Sequence record: PQ451753.1
Length of the DNA: 64,000 nucleotides
Reading direction: 5' to 3' (one strand)
The notes beneath the pieces were generated by a model. It was not told where the DNA came from. It did no database searches and saw only the letters and a program-made list of their open reading frames with translations. Below, piece after piece: positions 8,406 to 16,600 of this stretch (position 1 is its first letter; each line of letters begins with the position of its first letter). The translations under genes were made by a program, and so were the position numbers.

Positions 8406-10310
8406 ATGTCTAAGAAAGAAAGACTCGAAGACCAACAAGCTGATCGTGTTGATTTGCTAGTAGGTGTAGGTAGTCGATTAAAGGAAGACGAGCGTGTATG
8501 TTTAGATACGCTAGATGACATACTCACATCTAGACACACCTTCCTCGATGACGTACCAACATTAATCGCTTCGCGTGTAACCGTGGGTAAATACTTACGT
8601 CGTAATGAAGTGTTGATAAATGGTTGCAGTTTTATGCTTGAACCGTACGAGATGTCTTGTTACATCCTCGAATGTATCGGCGAGGGTGTCGTGCCACTAG
8701 GTATTGAAGTTCGTCGTGGGTACCGTAACTTACCTTGGACGGTATTGCATCGTGATATGGAAGAAGACGGGTTTCATATCTCATGCATGTTGGAGAACTT
8801 GTCTATTGGTTTGGAACGTGTGGACATTCGCGACCTGTGTGAATGTAAGCCATCTAGTCAGGAACTACATGGTTTTGCAGAAGCAATCTTTGGTAAAGAC
8901 AGCGATGAGTTTGAGAATGCGTTAGATCGTTATACTCATGCAATCGTAACACGTTTCTCTAATTACAAACCATTGGGTGAGTCTAAATTAGCAGCACAAA
9001 TAGATGCGGCATTACGTAGGACTGACATGCCTACGCTAGCGGAAGACGAGTTTGATGAAATTGTCGAGAACGCTATAGCCGAAGTCAATGCTAAAGAACG
9101 CCACAATCGCAAGATTGATGAGCCGTCGATTGTCCGTAAAGGTGCATTAACTCTGGCAGAAGTAGACCGTATGGCTTACGATGCAGCAGGTTTCTCGTCA
9201 CCAAGCTACGACACTTCGTTATTAGCAAGGGAGATGGCACCACATCCGGTACAACCTGTGTATGAAGATGAGAATGGTACAGTTCGATTCAAACCTAACC
9301 CTATCATTCGTGATCTACAAGAAGCAGGCGTGTTAGACCTGAACAAGATTGCAGCTAAGTACGATAAGAAAGACATCAGTCAGCTTAACCAGTTAATCGG
9401 TTACTCTGTTGATGGTTGGTGGTATCTATCTACTACTTCACAGATGGATAAAATCAAAGCACGGATGCAAGAAGAACGTCGCAAGGCATTCGACAGTATT
9501 GATGGTGAGATTAACTATCTGCGTTCGTTGGATGACATCACACCTATCGAGGCTATCCACGTTACAATGGATGCTGAACAGTACGAACTACCAATCGAGT
9601 TACCTATCCTTTTCCAACGCATGACTAAGTTTGACGGTCATTACTCTCTATCTGTTAACAGTAAAGACAGTTGGGAAGTGGAATGGGTGGACTCATCGTT
9701 CCATGGTCATTGCTCATACAACCTCACTCCAGATTCGCCAGACGGTACTCCAGAGTTCCCTGTGGGTACTATCAATCTGAAGGTGAATGAGAACCACCTA
9801 TGGTTAGAGAAGATTGGTGAGTCTGACTCAGGTCAAGCTATCTTAACCTTTAACTGGCCACAGGTGTCTGAACAGTTATCTCGTGGTAAATGTGAACTAC
9901 CTACTGTAGTGAACTTTGGTATCAGTAAACTGCTGACTAACTACGGCACATTCACTAAAGCAAGTGCTGACTTCCAAGGTATTTACCAGATGTGTCAAGC
10001 GGTATTACGCTTCATGGCATCGCGTAAGTTTATCTTGGATAACCTCACTCCTGAGATATTCGAACCTGAGCTGTATGCTAAGTTGTTTAAGGCGGCGAGT
10101 TACGGCCCAGTAAAAGATAACGCAGCAGTAAATAAATTGTTGAAATCGACACAACGTTCTGGAGTCCGTGGCCAAATCCAAACAGCGTTTAAACATATTG
10201 CTAATAGCGAGATTCTTTTCGAAGACTCTAAAATTCATCTTGAGACAGATCGTGCGGTTTATGATGCACACACGACTGAACTCGAAGAGCTAATCAAACA
10301 ATATCTGTAG
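8406..10310 (+). CDS. large mosaic hypothetical protein
   Basis: ORF track; SD GGGAG; internal module HPVQPVYEDENGTVRFKPNPII...QLIGYS recalled from small phage proteins. Confidence 0.85.
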   Translation: MSKKERLEDQQADRVDLLVGVGSRLKEDERVCLDTLDDILTSRHTFLDDVPTLIASRVTVGKYLRRNEVLINGCSFMLEPYEMSCYILECIGEGVVPLGIEVRRGYRNLPWTVLHRDMEEDGFHISCMLENLSIGLERVDIRDLCECKPSSQELHGFAEAIFGKDSDEFENALDRYTHAIVTRFSNYKPLGESKLAAQIDAALRRTDMPTLAEDEFDEIVENAIAEVNAKERHNRKIDEPSIVRKGALTLAEVDRMAYDAAGFSSPSYDTSLLAREMAPHPVQPVYEDENGTVRFKPNPIIRDLQEAGVLDLNKIAAKYDKKDISQLNQLIGYSVDGWWYLSTTSQMDKIKARMQEERRKAFDSIDGEINYLRSLDDITPIEAIHVTMDAEQYELPIELPILFQRMTKFDGHYSLSVNSKDSWEVEWVDSSFHGHCSYNLTPDSPDGTPEFPVGTINLKVNENHLWLEKIGESDSGQAILTFNWPQVSEQLSRGKCELPTVVNFGISKLLTNYGTFTKASADFQGIYQMCQAVLRFMASRKFILDNLTPEIFEPELYAKLFKAASYGPVKDNAAVNKLLKSTQRSGVRGQIQTAFKHIANSEILFEDSKIHLETDRAVYDAHTTELEELIKQYL

Positions 10311-10349
10311 GGCTTCGTGCCCTACCTATCTATAAGGAATAAAAAGAAC

Positions 10350-12050
10350 ATGTCAATGGTAATCGAATCAGCAGTACCAACTACCTCTACACCTACTAAA
10401 GTACCATACGCACTTATTGAAGGCGTATACCAACAGGTGGCAGATAACCTGTGGCTGAAGTCACGTAACGAAAAAACTCTAATCATGCATGGCACTAAAG
10501 GCATTGAATTAGAAGACTTCCAAAACCTACTGACGGATGAAGACCGTCAAATCATGCAGTGTAACTGTTGTAAAGATTTCTTCCGTAAGTACTCTAACCT
10601 GCTTGCAGTAACCGAAAGCGGTGAAGTAACCTCAGCACTATTCCGCGATGTGAAAACTTCTAACCAACATGCTAAGGCGTTATTCAATAAGTTGGCAGAC
10701 ATTGTTGAATCAGGCAAACCGTCACACTTCGTAGATGAACGTTTACGTGGCGCAGGTCACCAGTCTGTGAAAATCATTCTAGGTGTTAAAGAAGCAGGTG
10801 GCTATGGACACTACCATGGTTACATTGCACGTCAAGACATCTCACGTAAAGCATCTTTCGAAAATTCTGTTCTCGGTGTTAACAACCTGATGTCTAAGTA
10901 CAAAGGTTTGGACAAGCTGGTTGAAGCGATGGAAGCTATCTGCCCTGCGTTCATGCAAGAAGAACGTATCTCACTAACGCAGCGTGAATACTTCGAGTCA
11001 TTCACTCAACTACTGGGTAAGTTCCGTGATGCTAAGAACAACGGTGGCCTTTCTACTGAACATGTTCTTGCACAACTGTGGGCAGGTAACGTTAATGGTC
11101 TGTCAATGATTCTTCACTTCAATGGCAATGTTCTAGGTAACCTTATCGAGAACTTCCTTGACTCAGGCGATTACGAAAAAGCAGTATCTCTGTTCCTAGA
11201 GCGTACTGACCCACTCGTGTACAAAGCGCGTGAAACTGACAAGGTGACTAAGCAACAGCTTGAGCAAGCACACAAGTACATCAAAGAGAACGGTTACGGC
11301 TCTGCCCTAATCCACTCTATTGCAGCCCCTGATGAAATCGAAGCTATCTGGCGTACAACTCCAGTTGAAACTCCAGTAGAAGAAGAGAAGTCAGCAAGCG
11401 ATGCGGCGGATGACTTGTTTGCAGAAAAGATCGCGGAAGTATCTAAGGAACAGGCTAAACCTGAACCTAAAGAAATCTGGCCAGGCGCTAAGAACATTAC
11501 ACGTACTGACTTCATTCATCGTGTACTGGGTGAAGCGGAACGTATCTGGCTTAATCTGTCAGGTTATGAGAAGTTGGGTATCCTAACCACACCTACTGAT
11601 AAAGAAGCGAAGCCTGTGTTCTTCTGGACAGAGCAACGCCCATCGCGTCCATACGTAACGTGTATTCCACATGAACGTGTTCCTGTTGGCATGTACGGTT
11701 TCCGTGCAGGTTATGTTGAACTGGACTCGGTGGCAGAACTACCTTGGTTCCATGAAGACATCAAGATGGAAGGTGCGTTATCTCCGGGTTGGATGATGTG
11801 TTTCGCATTTGAACCAGTTGAGTCAGTACTGTACCACGGTCTGCAATCATTCGGCGGTGCACTGAAAGGTGATCTACAACCATACCGTCTAGGTATTGAC
11901 TCTGTAGTGAATAGCCGTCAGGTGTTCACTCGTGATGGTGAGAAGGGTACCACGTACTTGCAATTATCACGTCAATGGGAATTCCGTAACGTTCGTGTAT
12001 TGAACAAAGACGGCTCTCAGTCTGTTTACAACATCATGGATGTTGACTAA
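10350..12050 (+). CDS. conserved large-phage hypothetical protein with CNCC motif
   Basis: SD AAGGA before the ATG at 10350; RQIMQCNCCKDFFRKYSNL motif. Confidence 0.85.
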   Translation: MSMVIESAVPTTSTPTKVPYALIEGVYQQVADNLWLKSRNEKTLIMHGTKGIELEDFQNLLTDEDRQIMQCNCCKDFFRKYSNLLAVTESGEVTSALFRDVKTSNQHAKALFNKLADIVESGKPSHFVDERLRGAGHQSVKIILGVKEAGGYGHYHGYIARQDISRKASFENSVLGVNNLMSKYKGLDKLVEAMEAICPAFMQEERISLTQREYFESFTQLLGKFRDAKNNGGLSTEHVLAQLWAGNVNGLSMILHFNGNVLGNLIENFLDSGDYEKAVSLFLERTDPLVYKARETDKVTKQQLEQAHKYIKENGYGSALIHSIAAPDEIEAIWRTTPVETPVEEEKSASDAADDLFAEKIAEVSKEQAKPEPKEIWPGAKNITRTDFIHRVLGEAERIWLNLSGYEKLGILTTPTDKEAKPVFFWTEQRPSRPYVTCIPHERVPVGMYGFRAGYVELDSVAELPWFHEDIKMEGALSPGWMMCFAFEPVESVLYHGLQSFGGALKGDLQPYRLGIDSVVNSRQVFTRDGEKGTTYLQLSRQWEFRNVRVLNKDGSQSVYNIMDVD

Positions 12051-12064
12051 CAGTAACTATATCT

Positions 12065-12092
12065 AGGGAGGCATTGCCTCCCTTATTTTTTT
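12065..12092 (+). terminator. intrinsic terminator
   Basis: AGGGAGGCA-T-TGCCTCCCT inverted repeat (a viable loop needs the innermost pairs open) followed by TATTTTTTT. Confidence 0.8.
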
Positions 12093-12104
12093 GTGAGGTG
12101 AAGA

Positions 12105-12260
12105 ATGTCTAAGCGCATATACCGAACTGACCGATGGAAAAGAAACACACCGTTTTACCGTACGGTTAATCGACGATTGGCAAACTTGTTGGGTTTACCA
12201 CGTGACCGTTATGGTGTAGCACTCTCTCCTTTATCGGTACAGGAACGAAAGTCAAAATAG
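12105..12260 (+). CDS. 51-aa basic protein (not in ORF track)
   Basis: SD GAGGTG; MSKRIYRTDRWKRNTPFYRTVNRRLANLLGLPRDRYGVALSPLSVQERKSK*. Confidence 0.6.
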   Translation: MSKRIYRTDRWKRNTPFYRTVNRRLANLLGLPRDRYGVALSPLSVQERKSK

Positions 12261-12280
12261 ATATATTTCATTAAAAGGAC
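12253..12280 (+). promoter_or_regulatory. putative early promoter variant
   Basis: GATATATTTCAT at 12260-12271 (one mismatch to consensus). Confidence 0.55.
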
Positions 12281-12312
12281 ATATGTACAATAAAAATAAA
12301 AGGAGGTGTATT

Positions 12313-12429
12313 ATGTCTAATGGAAATGAATACTTAGGATGGATTATGGATTTACTTGCAGTGACTGGAGGCTTGGCAATTGTCGTGTACTTCATTTACC
12401 TGTGGTGGATTGGTAGAAACCTAAAGTAA
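12313..12429 (+). CDS. 38-aa single-pass membrane peptide (not in ORF track)
   Basis: Perfect SD AAGGAGGT; MSNGNEYLGWIMDLLAVTGGLAIVVYFIYLWWIGRNLK*. Confidence 0.7.
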   Translation: MSNGNEYLGWIMDLLAVTGGLAIVVYFIYLWWIGRNLK

Positions 12430-12497
12430 ATAGTGAAATGGTATAGGTGGGTAATTCCCCTATACCTCTAGAATATATTATCTTGGAGAAAATAACA

Positions 12498-12923
12498 ATG
12501 CAACAATACACACTTACTGCGCTGCAATCTGTAATGGTTCTTATCATGAGCGAAACAAACGAGCCGATGACTGGATACGATACGGCTAAGACAATTACAG
12601 AGCGTGGATATAAGTGGTCACATCAGCAAGTGTACCGTGATTTAAACAGAATGCCTTTAAACCTAACGCATCAACCACAAACTGGAAAACCAGACAAAAA
12701 GCTCTATACATTGATGGACACTGTTGAATATGTACATGACGCTAAAATTATTCCTATTCCGGTTATCGAAGAATACGAACTATTAGACCTAGCCCGTGAG
12801 AAATGGGAACTCTTAAGCAAGCGTCTAGAAACCATCACATTGAAATACGAGCGTGAGTTGATTAAATTTGAAATCAACTACCTTGAACAACTAATTACTA
12901 AACTACAAGCTAAGGCAGCTTAA
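12498..12923 (+). CDS. aphA: PadR-family winged-helix regulator, Vibrio AphA homolog
   Basis: TGYDTAK...SHQQVYRDLNRM...QPQTGKPDKKLYTL vs AphA TGYDITK...SHQQVYRELNKM...EPQEGKPDRKVYSI; C-terminal RLETITLK vs RLERLTLR (reference recalled from memory); SD GGAG. Confidence 0.85.
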   Translation: MQQYTLTALQSVMVLIMSETNEPMTGYDTAKTITERGYKWSHQQVYRDLNRMPLNLTHQPQTGKPDKKLYTLMDTVEYVHDAKIIPIPVIEEYELLDLAREKWELLSKRLETITLKYERELIKFEINYLEQLITKLQAKAA

Positions 12924-12934
12924 CGGAGCTAATA

Positions 12935-13756
12935 ATGAATATCATTAAAATTGACATCAACGATATGGTCGCTACTGAAGAATTGAAAGCGGCAGTGGCA
13001 AAGATTGGGTTTGATGAATACGAATCGCGCTTTAATCAAATCTTTAACGACGATGTACTCGTTGGTGAGTTCCGCGCAATGCTGTCAGAGCAGATGACCG
13101 ATGCGATGGAAGATTGGAAAGTTGTGGTCATTAATGGTGCTAAGTCACATGCTTGGCAAGAAGAGATGGCGTTAGGTAAGTTCCCTGAGCAACCAATCTT
13201 CACTAACTGTGTTAATGGCGAACCGTACATCTACATCGACATGTCAATGATGGATCAGATCCCTAACGACATTCGTGAAGTAACAGTTGACTACATGCTA
13301 GTTAAAGAAGGTGTACACCGTGAACAAATCATCCGTGGCGATATGGTTATCTTCGATGGCACTATTACATGGAAAGGTGTTACTTACACAGCGGAACAAA
13401 TCCATGCGCTAGCCAGTGAGCGCACTATGGAACTGTTGAATGAAGACGGTGAAGAAAACAAGTATGATGAGAAAGACATCATGGTGTTGGTTGACTGTCA
13501 GCATGAGTGGGAACGTGAAGCAACAGTACGTACCTTAGCAGGTCTATCCCATATCTACGAACTTGAACTGTCTGATGTACAACGTAAGCTAGTTGATGAC
13601 TGGGTTAAAGAGTTCTACGAAGATGTTCTTGCACATGCAGATGACGATAACGTAGCACTTACGTCTCCAGTGCTTAACTTTGGTGAAGGTACTAAAGTGG
13701 GCGATATCAAAGACTGGTTAAACACACTGTTCATGTGTGATGTAGAAAATATGTAA
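12935..13756 (+). CDS. zincin-like metallopeptidase family protein with degenerate KExxH motif
   Basis: YIYID...LVKEGVHREQ...G.M...HEWEREA parallels the phage HExxHxxQ...WE.EA family. Confidence 0.55.
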   Translation: MNIIKIDINDMVATEELKAAVAKIGFDEYESRFNQIFNDDVLVGEFRAMLSEQMTDAMEDWKVVVINGAKSHAWQEEMALGKFPEQPIFTNCVNGEPYIYIDMSMMDQIPNDIREVTVDYMLVKEGVHREQIIRGDMVIFDGTITWKGVTYTAEQIHALASERTMELLNEDGEENKYDEKDIMVLVDCQHEWEREATVRTLAGLSHIYELELSDVQRKLVDDWVKEFYEDVLAHADDDNVALTSPVLNFGEGTKVGDIKDWLNTLFMCDVENM

Positions 13757-13761
13757 TTAAG

Positions 13762-13795
13762 ATTGAGAGTGCCTTCGGGTGCTCTCAATTTTTTT
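13762..13795 (+). terminator. intrinsic terminator
   Basis: ATTGAGAGTGCC-TTCG-GGTGCTCTCAAT followed by T-tract. Confidence 0.85.
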
Positions 13796-13862
13796 ATGTC
13801 TCTGTATTGGATTTTAATACAGGTTAGTAGATATTGTGCGAAAACCCGTCAGGAGAATTATA

Positions 13863-14273
13863 ATGCTGCACAATAGTTTTAATGCGGTTGTTCGTATCCG
13901 GTTACGTATGGGGCTAGACATTAACCTTGATGTAACTGAACATTATACGGACGCTATTAAAGCAGCGGTTGGTGTTCGTAATGGCGCACCTCTTTCTAAG
14001 AACGTGCCTAAAGGAACAACCACGTGGACGGCAGATGGACGAAAGGAAGCAATGCAGTTCCTCAAGAAGTTATATGAATTACCTATCATTCATGAACGGA
14101 TTGAAGACATACATTCTAAGTTGCGTAAATTAAATGATCATATGTCCAGTTTAAATATAACGGAAGATATCCATCATATAGAACCTGTGGTTCTTGTGTT
14201 ACGTAACGGATTTCGTTCAAACCACGAGTTATCCAGAAGTGGATATACTAGAAAGTACAACGTCTATAATTAA
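13863..14273 (+). CDS. hypothetical protein
   Basis: ORF track; start at the ATG after AGGAG. Confidence 0.75.
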   Translation: MLHNSFNAVVRIRLRMGLDINLDVTEHYTDAIKAAVGVRNGAPLSKNVPKGTTTWTADGRKEAMQFLKKLYELPIIHERIEDIHSKLRKLNDHMSSLNITEDIHHIEPVVLVLRNGFRSNHELSRSGYTRKYNVYN

Positions 14274-14283
14274 GGAGACATAC

Positions 14284-15219
14284 GTGTCTTACAAAGAAGA
14301 AAAACTACCCGGCTTATTTATCGTCGTAGAGGGCGTCAGTGAGGCGGTCGGGAAATCAACTGTAGTTGACATCCTAAAGGCTAAGTTGGAACAACAGGGC
14401 TATGATGTACTAACGTACCGACAGCCAGGCGGTACACCTGCGGCTGAAGACATGCGTCGCATCGTTAAGAACCCTAACTACGAGGGTGAAGAGTTAAACG
14501 AAGTTGTTGAGTACTTGTTGTTTAGCGCCTCGCGTGAACAGGCAGACCACAACATTGTGCGACCTGCGTTAGAAAATGGCATCATTGTAATCAGTGACCG
14601 TCACTATCTAACCACACACGCATACCAAGGCGAACGTCGTCCAGAGATTGACCGTCTCGTTGCACGTAAGCCAGACATGACTGTGTTCTTAGAAGCTCCG
14701 TTTGAACTTTGTATGGCACGCATGAAAGAACGCGGTGATAGTTGCCGTATTGAAGCACGCGGAGAAGACTGGTTCCGTGAGCAGTACGCTACATTGAAAG
14801 AGCGTATCAATGACGGTATTCATGGTGAGGTGGTAAGAGTTGACACGACCGACTTTAACTCTGACCTATATAAGGAAGGAATCGAAATGGCTGTAAGTAA
14901 AGCGCTTGACCTGCAACAGGCTAAGCAAATGTCACTTGGTCTAGAAGATGAATTCGTCACAATTAAAGAATTCGAACAGCAAGTGTTAGACATCGAAAGT
15001 GTGCGTGTAATTTTACGTGCCGACGTTAACAACAAAGTTAAACCGTATAAACATCGTCGTCTTGATGATGATCATACTTACGGTGACTTAATGGCACGTA
15101 TTGCCAACTTGGTAAATGTTCCGTTTTCAATTGCATCGGTAGTTCGTAACCCGACTAACGATACTATTCTATCGGATGTACGCATCCCTAAGACTGAAGG
15201 AGTCTGTGAGTGTCTGTAA
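14284..15219 (+). CDS. tmk: thymidylate (dTMP) kinase with C-terminal extension
   Basis: FIVVEG...GKST P-loop, RQPGGT, EYLLFSASR, ISDRH, PDMTVFL, RIE; GTG start after AAGGAG. Confidence 0.9.
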   Translation: MSYKEEKLPGLFIVVEGVSEAVGKSTVVDILKAKLEQQGYDVLTYRQPGGTPAAEDMRRIVKNPNYEGEELNEVVEYLLFSASREQADHNIVRPALENGIIVISDRHYLTTHAYQGERRPEIDRLVARKPDMTVFLEAPFELCMARMKERGDSCRIEARGEDWFREQYATLKERINDGIHGEVVRVDTTDFNSDLYKEGIEMAVSKALDLQQAKQMSLGLEDEFVTIKEFEQQVLDIESVRVILRADVNNKVKPYKHRRLDDDHTYGDLMARIANLVNVPFSIASVVRNPTNDTILSDVRIPKTEGVCECL

Positions 15220-15515
15220 CAGTAAAAGTAATTCGTAACTCAGGGATTGATTTCCCAACTTACGTATCAATGGATGATAAAGAAACGTTTCTAGCGTTAG
15301 TGCTTAAGAATCAGTTGCATATCCTTAAGCCTGTGCTAAGTATTAGTCACGAACGTAAGCGTCAAAAGCTAATCGATGCTATCGCAGCAAAAGCAAAACG
15401 TAAATACGGCATCGCCACAGTAGTCGATGAACCTGAAACAACGTTGTCTTTAGATAAGGACGGCGTCTTAATGATTAATAGACCGCAGACTGACAGTTTA
15501 GGTGTCGCGGTCTAA
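15210..15515 (+). CDS. hypothetical protein
   Basis: ORF track; SD AAGGAG, GTG start. Confidence 0.75.
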   Translation: MSVTVKVIRNSGIDFPTYVSMDDKETFLALVLKNQLHILKPVLSISHERKRQKLIDAIAAKAKRKYGIATVVDEPETTLSLDKDGVLMINRPQTDSLGVAV

Positions 15516-15526
15516 CCAATACCACC

Positions 15527-15557
15527 GAGGGGAGCTCGCTCCCCTTATCTTTTATTT
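15527..15557 (+). terminator. intrinsic terminator
   Basis: AGGGGAGC-TC-GCTCCCCT inverted repeat followed by TATCTTTTATTT. Confidence 0.75.
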
Positions 15558-15570
15558 CTAGGAGTTAATA

Positions 15571-15981
15571 ATGAGTAACCTTTACAGTATTGTAATTAAG
15601 GCGAAAGACGGTACCGTTGCAGCAAAGGCATTCGATACAGAACATACTAACATTGCCATAGCGCTGCGTGAAAAGTCTGCGAGTGTCTTTACTGAAAGTC
15701 TGCCTGAAGAGTTAGCGCCATATAAACATGATCGCTTTGAGTTGATTAAGCGAGTGCGCGATATCTTGAACGATAACTCTATTCAAGTCTACATTCGCCC
15801 TATGATGAAAGTGTTCATCAACGATGACGGTAACTACGTATTCCAGTTGGCTGATGACTATACAACGTTAGATGGCGATCATCCTGAATTGGCGAAACGA
15901 TTAGCACCAGTTAAAGTACGTAACTCGTCAATCTCTGGCGGTAAAATGAATAAGAACGCGCGACTATTTGGTAAGAAGTAA
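15571..15981 (+). CDS. hypothetical protein
   Basis: ORF track; SD AGGAG. Confidence 0.8.
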   Translation: MSNLYSIVIKAKDGTVAAKAFDTEHTNIAIALREKSASVFTESLPEELAPYKHDRFELIKRVRDILNDNSIQVYIRPMMKVFINDDGNYVFQLADDYTTLDGDHPELAKRLAPVKVRNSSISGGKMNKNARLFGKK

Positions 15982-16376
15982 TGATTGATAACTTAACTGC
16001 CGTGTATAAGGCACTACACGACCTTCCTGAGAAACTTGAAGCCCCAACTAATCTAATCGAAGGTTTGTCTGAACACGGCCCTAACTTTACTCGTTCGGCT
16101 TCGGTGGACCGATTAACTAAAGCAACGATATACCACTACCGATTCGTTCGTAATGGTTTTGGTGTTAGTTTATACGTTCGTACTATGTACGGTCCGTTTA
16201 CTGTACAGAAGTTTATGCTTCATGTTGGGATGAAGCGATATCCTTGTGTCGTTATTGGTTCAGAAGTTACTTTAAAAGATTACACACATGCCGATAAGGT
16301 AGAGGTCGAAGAGTTGTTATCAAAGATTTCTCGACTAATTACCGATATCACCTTGAACTATAAGGATGAAGTATGA
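15981..16376 (+). CDS. hypothetical protein
   Basis: ORF track; TAATG coupling. Confidence 0.75.
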   Translation: MIDNLTAVYKALHDLPEKLEAPTNLIEGLSEHGPNFTRSASVDRLTKATIYHYRFVRNGFGVSLYVRTMYGPFTVQKFMLHVGMKRYPCVVIGSEVTLKDYTHADKVEVEELLSKISRLITDITLNYKDEV

Positions 16377-16588
16377 GTAGCTTTAAGTGCGGCGAATGTG
16401 GCTGTAAGGAGAGCACGGCCTATTGCAATGCACAGTTAGACATGATAGAGAAAGCAGATAAATTACTCTGCTCTGAATGTGACCCTAGGATTGGTAAATG
16501 GCATAACCGTTTCAAGAAACTGCCATTCGACGGGCCTTATATCCGTGACCACCATGGTCCACTACCAACTAAATATCAACATAAATAA
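16373..16588 (+). CDS. small Cys-rich zinc-binding protein
   Basis: FKCGECGCKESTA...LCSEC...GKWH..F pattern; ATGA overlap. Confidence 0.7.
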   Translation: MSSFKCGECGCKESTAYCNAQLDMIEKADKLLCSECDPRIGKWHNRFKKLPFDGPYIRDHHGPLPTKYQHK

Positions 16589-16600
16589 CGAGTTAATAAA

